64,000 bases of DNA from Phormidesmis sp. GTDB taxonomy: Bacteria; Cyanobacteriota; Cyanobacteriia; Leptolyngbyales; Leptolyngbyaceae. Of the stretch, positions 61,138 to 64,000 are shown piece after piece. The notes beneath the pieces are model-generated. The model worked only from the letters and a program-made list of their open reading frames with translations, searched no databases and was not told the DNA's origin. A program made the position numbers and the translations under genes. The DNA lies in the NCBI GenBank assembly GCA_965248535.1, contig CBDFJR010000002.1, positions 32,001-96,000 of the forward strand, written 5' to 3'. How positions within the stretch are numbered: position 1 is the first letter of the stretch; each line of letters starts with the position of its first letter.

Positions 61138-62319
61138 ATGGGAACCCAAGCAGGCGTGGGCATGAGCCATAACCGAAACCCCAAAACTGCCGCCCAAGAA
61201 GCGGTCAAAATAGCGCTCAACACGGCAAACATTCAACAGCCAGATTTTGTTTTTATGTTTGCGTCGGTGGGCTATGACCAGCAGATGTTGCTCAACTCAG
61301 TGCGAGAGATGACTCAACACGCCCCCCTGATTGGCTGTTCAGGTGAAGGGGTGATTGCAGCCAGAGAAGCAGACGAGTCAAATTTCTCTGTTGCAGTCAT
61401 GGTCATTCAATCTGATGAAATGAGGTTTGAGCATGGCGCTGTCACGGGTTTAAAAGACAACCCCAGTCAAGTCGGCAGCACGATCGGAGCCGCCGTTCAC
61501 CACCAGCAGCAGCCCGATGCCAAAGCTCTGTTTTTGTTAGCAGACGGGTTGACGTTTAACTTCGATCGGGTGATGAACAGCTTAGAAAAACACCTCAATC
61601 AACCTCTGCCCATATTTGGAGGGGCGGCGGCTGATAACTGCGCCTTTAAACAAACCTATCAATATCACAATGAGCAGGTCATCTCTGACGGAGCGGTCTG
61701 GGCACTGTTGTCAGGAGACGTGAACCTGGCCTGGGCAGTCAACCACGGCTGTGCTGCGATCGGAGGAAAGCGCAAAATCACTCGGTCAGAAGGCAACATC
61801 ATCTACGAGATTGACCACAAGCCTGTCTTAGACGTGCTCAAAGAATATTTGACTAAAGATGAAGTTGATCACTGGCAAAAAGCAGTCTTAAATCTTTGTC
61901 TTGGATTTAAGGCACCAGATCACATGCAAGACTATGACGAGTTCTTAATTCGGTTTATTCCGTCTAAAGACGATCCCATTGGGGCGGTTGCCATTCAAAC
62001 AGAAGTAATTGAAGGATGTGATATTTGGATGACCCGACGAGATCATGAAAAGATTGCAGTTGGCATCGACCAAATGGCGAAAACTATTCAACATCAACTG
62101 GGTCAAGCGTTGCCAAAACTGGTCTTTCAATTTGACTGCTGTGGTCGGGGAAAATCTGTTTTTAGAGACCAAGAAAAGCTAAGTTTGCTTAAAACCCTTC
62201 AACAAAAAGTAGGGTCTGAAGCTCCTTGGATCGGGCTATACACGCTAGGAGAAATTGGGCCGGTTGGCGATCGTAACTGTTTTCACAACTACACTGCCGT
62301 GGTCGCAGCAATTTATTAA
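61138..62319 (+). CDS. FIST-domain sensor protein (NosP-like)
   Basis: LIGCSGEG, GGAAAD, HGC..IG, IYEIDHKP, CCGRG, GLYTLGEI and HNYT. Confidence 0.88.
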   Translation: MGTQAGVGMSHNRNPKTAAQEAVKIALNTANIQQPDFVFMFASVGYDQQMLLNSVREMTQHAPLIGCSGEGVIAAREADESNFSVAVMVIQSDEMRFEHGAVTGLKDNPSQVGSTIGAAVHHQQQPDAKALFLLADGLTFNFDRVMNSLEKHLNQPLPIFGGAAADNCAFKQTYQYHNEQVISDGAVWALLSGDVNLAWAVNHGCAAIGGKRKITRSEGNIIYEIDHKPVLDVLKEYLTKDEVDHWQKAVLNLCLGFKAPDHMQDYDEFLIRFIPSKDDPIGAVAIQTEVIEGCDIWMTRRDHEKIAVGIDQMAKTIQHQLGQALPKLVFQFDCCGRGKSVFRDQEKLSLLKTLQQKVGSEAPWIGLYTLGEIGPVGDRNCFHNYTAVVAAIY

Positions 62320-62362
62320 GCGGGCATCTGGTTATGCCAGAAAGAAAGGAGCCAAAAATTCA

Positions 62363-63946
62363 GTGCAAAACTTTCACGATCAATCGACATCGGTGATCAG
62401 CGAAATTGAGATTCTACAGCAAGAAAATCAACGCTTGTCTGAGCAAGTTAAGCGGCTCGTCAAAACTGAGAGCAAGCTTTACGCATTTCAAGAGCAAGTA
62501 GATGGTCAGCTTCGAGTCTATCGTCAGCTTAACGAAGCGGGCAAAAAATTTAACAGCACGTTTGACTTAGACGAAATTCTGCAACAGATAACGCAGTTTG
62601 TCATCTATGAATTAAACCTTGAGCGATGCTTGATATTGATGCCGTCAAATCAGAGGTTTGAGGTCAAAATTTTTGACGGTTATCACGACGAAACCTCAAT
62701 CAGAGACTTGAAAACTGTTAACCGATCGCTGACAGACTCTGCTTTTCAACCTCTATCTAACGGGGCGGAATTTATCATTTGTCACGAGAACTGCTCTCAG
62801 CCTGCGCTTTTGAGCCTATGCACTGAGTTTAAAATGGATGAGTATGTGATCTTCTCTTTAGGGGAAAACGGGCTACTCATCGCTGGCAACACAGCCGACA
62901 GTTTTCCCTATCAAAATCGCATTCAAAGGAACAGCGAGTCAATGTTAGGACTGGCAAACTTAGTCAGCCATGCAACCACTGCTATTAAAAATGTCAGTTT
63001 CTATCAAGTATTGCAGCAAGAACAGCAGCTTTTAGAAGAAAAAGTCGATCTGAGAACACAAGAGATCAATAATAAAAATGCTTTTTTAGAAAAAACATTA
63101 TGTGAGTTAAAAGAAACTCAGTCGCAGCTTGTCCAAAGTGAGAAAATGTCGTCTTTAGGACAGTTAGTTGCCGGAATTGCTCATGAAATTAACAATCCGG
63201 TTAACTTTATTTACGGCAATGTGATTCACGCAAACGAATATCTTAAAGATTTTTTGAAGCTTTTAGCCGTTTATCAACAGTGCTGCTCAGATAGCTGCCC
63301 CGAAGTCAAAGAAACGCTAGAAGATATTGATTTTGATTTCTTAATAGAAGATTTTCCTAGACTGCTGGACTCAATGCAAATTGGCACTAATCGCATTCAA
63401 GAGATCGTGCTATCACTCAAAAACTTTTCACGAATGGATGACTCTGAAATGCAGGCTGTTGATATTCATGATGGCATTGAGAGTACGCTAGTAATATTGC
63501 AGCATCGATTAAAAGCAAAACCCGATCATCCTGAGATTGAGATCACCAAAGACTATGGTCAATTGCCCTTGATAGAATGCTATTCTGGACAACTCAATCA
63601 GGTCTTTATTAATCTGATAGCCAATGCGATCGATGCTCTAGAAGAACGCGACGCTCAACGCCTGCCCAGCGATCGCTTTAGTCACCCCAGTGTTCTTCAC
63701 ATTCAGACTGAGATACTACCCTCTGATCTGGTCAGAATCAGCATCACAGATAACGGCACGGGCATTCCTGCTGAGGTGCAAAAACGGTTGTTTGACCCAT
63801 TTTTTACAACTAAACCAGTCGGCAAAGGCACGGGTTTAGGGCTTTCAATCAGCTATAAGATTATTGTTGAAAAACATGGTGGTGAGTTACGCTGCATCTC
63901 TTCTCTAGGGCAGGGAACCAAATTTGTGATTGAAATTCCTGCTTAA
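62363..63946 (+). CDS. Cytoplasmic GAF-like-domain sensor histidine kinase
   Basis: QSEKMSSLGQLVAGIAHEINNP, NQVFINLIANAIDA, DNGTG and FFTTKPVGKGTGLGL. GTG start with AAAGGAG RBS. Confidence 0.92.
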   Translation: MQNFHDQSTSVISEIEILQQENQRLSEQVKRLVKTESKLYAFQEQVDGQLRVYRQLNEAGKKFNSTFDLDEILQQITQFVIYELNLERCLILMPSNQRFEVKIFDGYHDETSIRDLKTVNRSLTDSAFQPLSNGAEFIICHENCSQPALLSLCTEFKMDEYVIFSLGENGLLIAGNTADSFPYQNRIQRNSESMLGLANLVSHATTAIKNVSFYQVLQQEQQLLEEKVDLRTQEINNKNAFLEKTLCELKETQSQLVQSEKMSSLGQLVAGIAHEINNPVNFIYGNVIHANEYLKDFLKLLAVYQQCCSDSCPEVKETLEDIDFDFLIEDFPRLLDSMQIGTNRIQEIVLSLKNFSRMDDSEMQAVDIHDGIESTLVILQHRLKAKPDHPEIEITKDYGQLPLIECYSGQLNQVFINLIANAIDALEERDAQRLPSDRFSHPSVLHIQTEILPSDLVRISITDNGTGIPAEVQKRLFDPFFTTKPVGKGTGLGLSISYKIIVEKHGGELRCISSLGQGTKFVIEIPA

Positions 63947-64000
63947 ACGGCTGTTGTTTTTCATCACTAAACCAGAGTTGCGTTAGTTTGAGCGGTTTGG

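Overview
This is a gene-dense window of a cyanobacterial chromosome. The HIP1 octamer GCGATCGC is very frequent, and nblS, chlG, petP, psb35, bciB, cupS and a Rubisco activase are present. A filamentous Leptolyngbya-like organism is an inference only. Most genes are core or housekeeping: ackA, phosphoketolase, galE, folB, purD, aroA, rsmB, PBP1A, hisF, exbBD, msrB. The accessory modules are: a detached MSMEG_0565/MSMEG_0570 (Nit1C-associated) pair; an ABC transporter with a TrtA-like triuret hydrolase; cupS divergent from a CmpR/NdhR-type LysR gene with an ATAG-N8-CTAT operator; an hpnJ-DMT-hpnI-hpnK-hpnI hopanoid cluster; a TPR-GT9-GT4 fusion; and a FIST plus histidine kinase pair. The most unusual element is a stand-alone 126-aa HAE/CxxC nucleic-acid deaminase with an Imm1-type immunity gene, no delivery domain, and weak attC-like flanks. 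Five genes carry seven single-step frameshifts, more likely assembly indels than real pseudogenes. No rRNA, tRNA, CRISPR array or transposase was recognised. All family calls come from recognising motifs by eye, with no database search.
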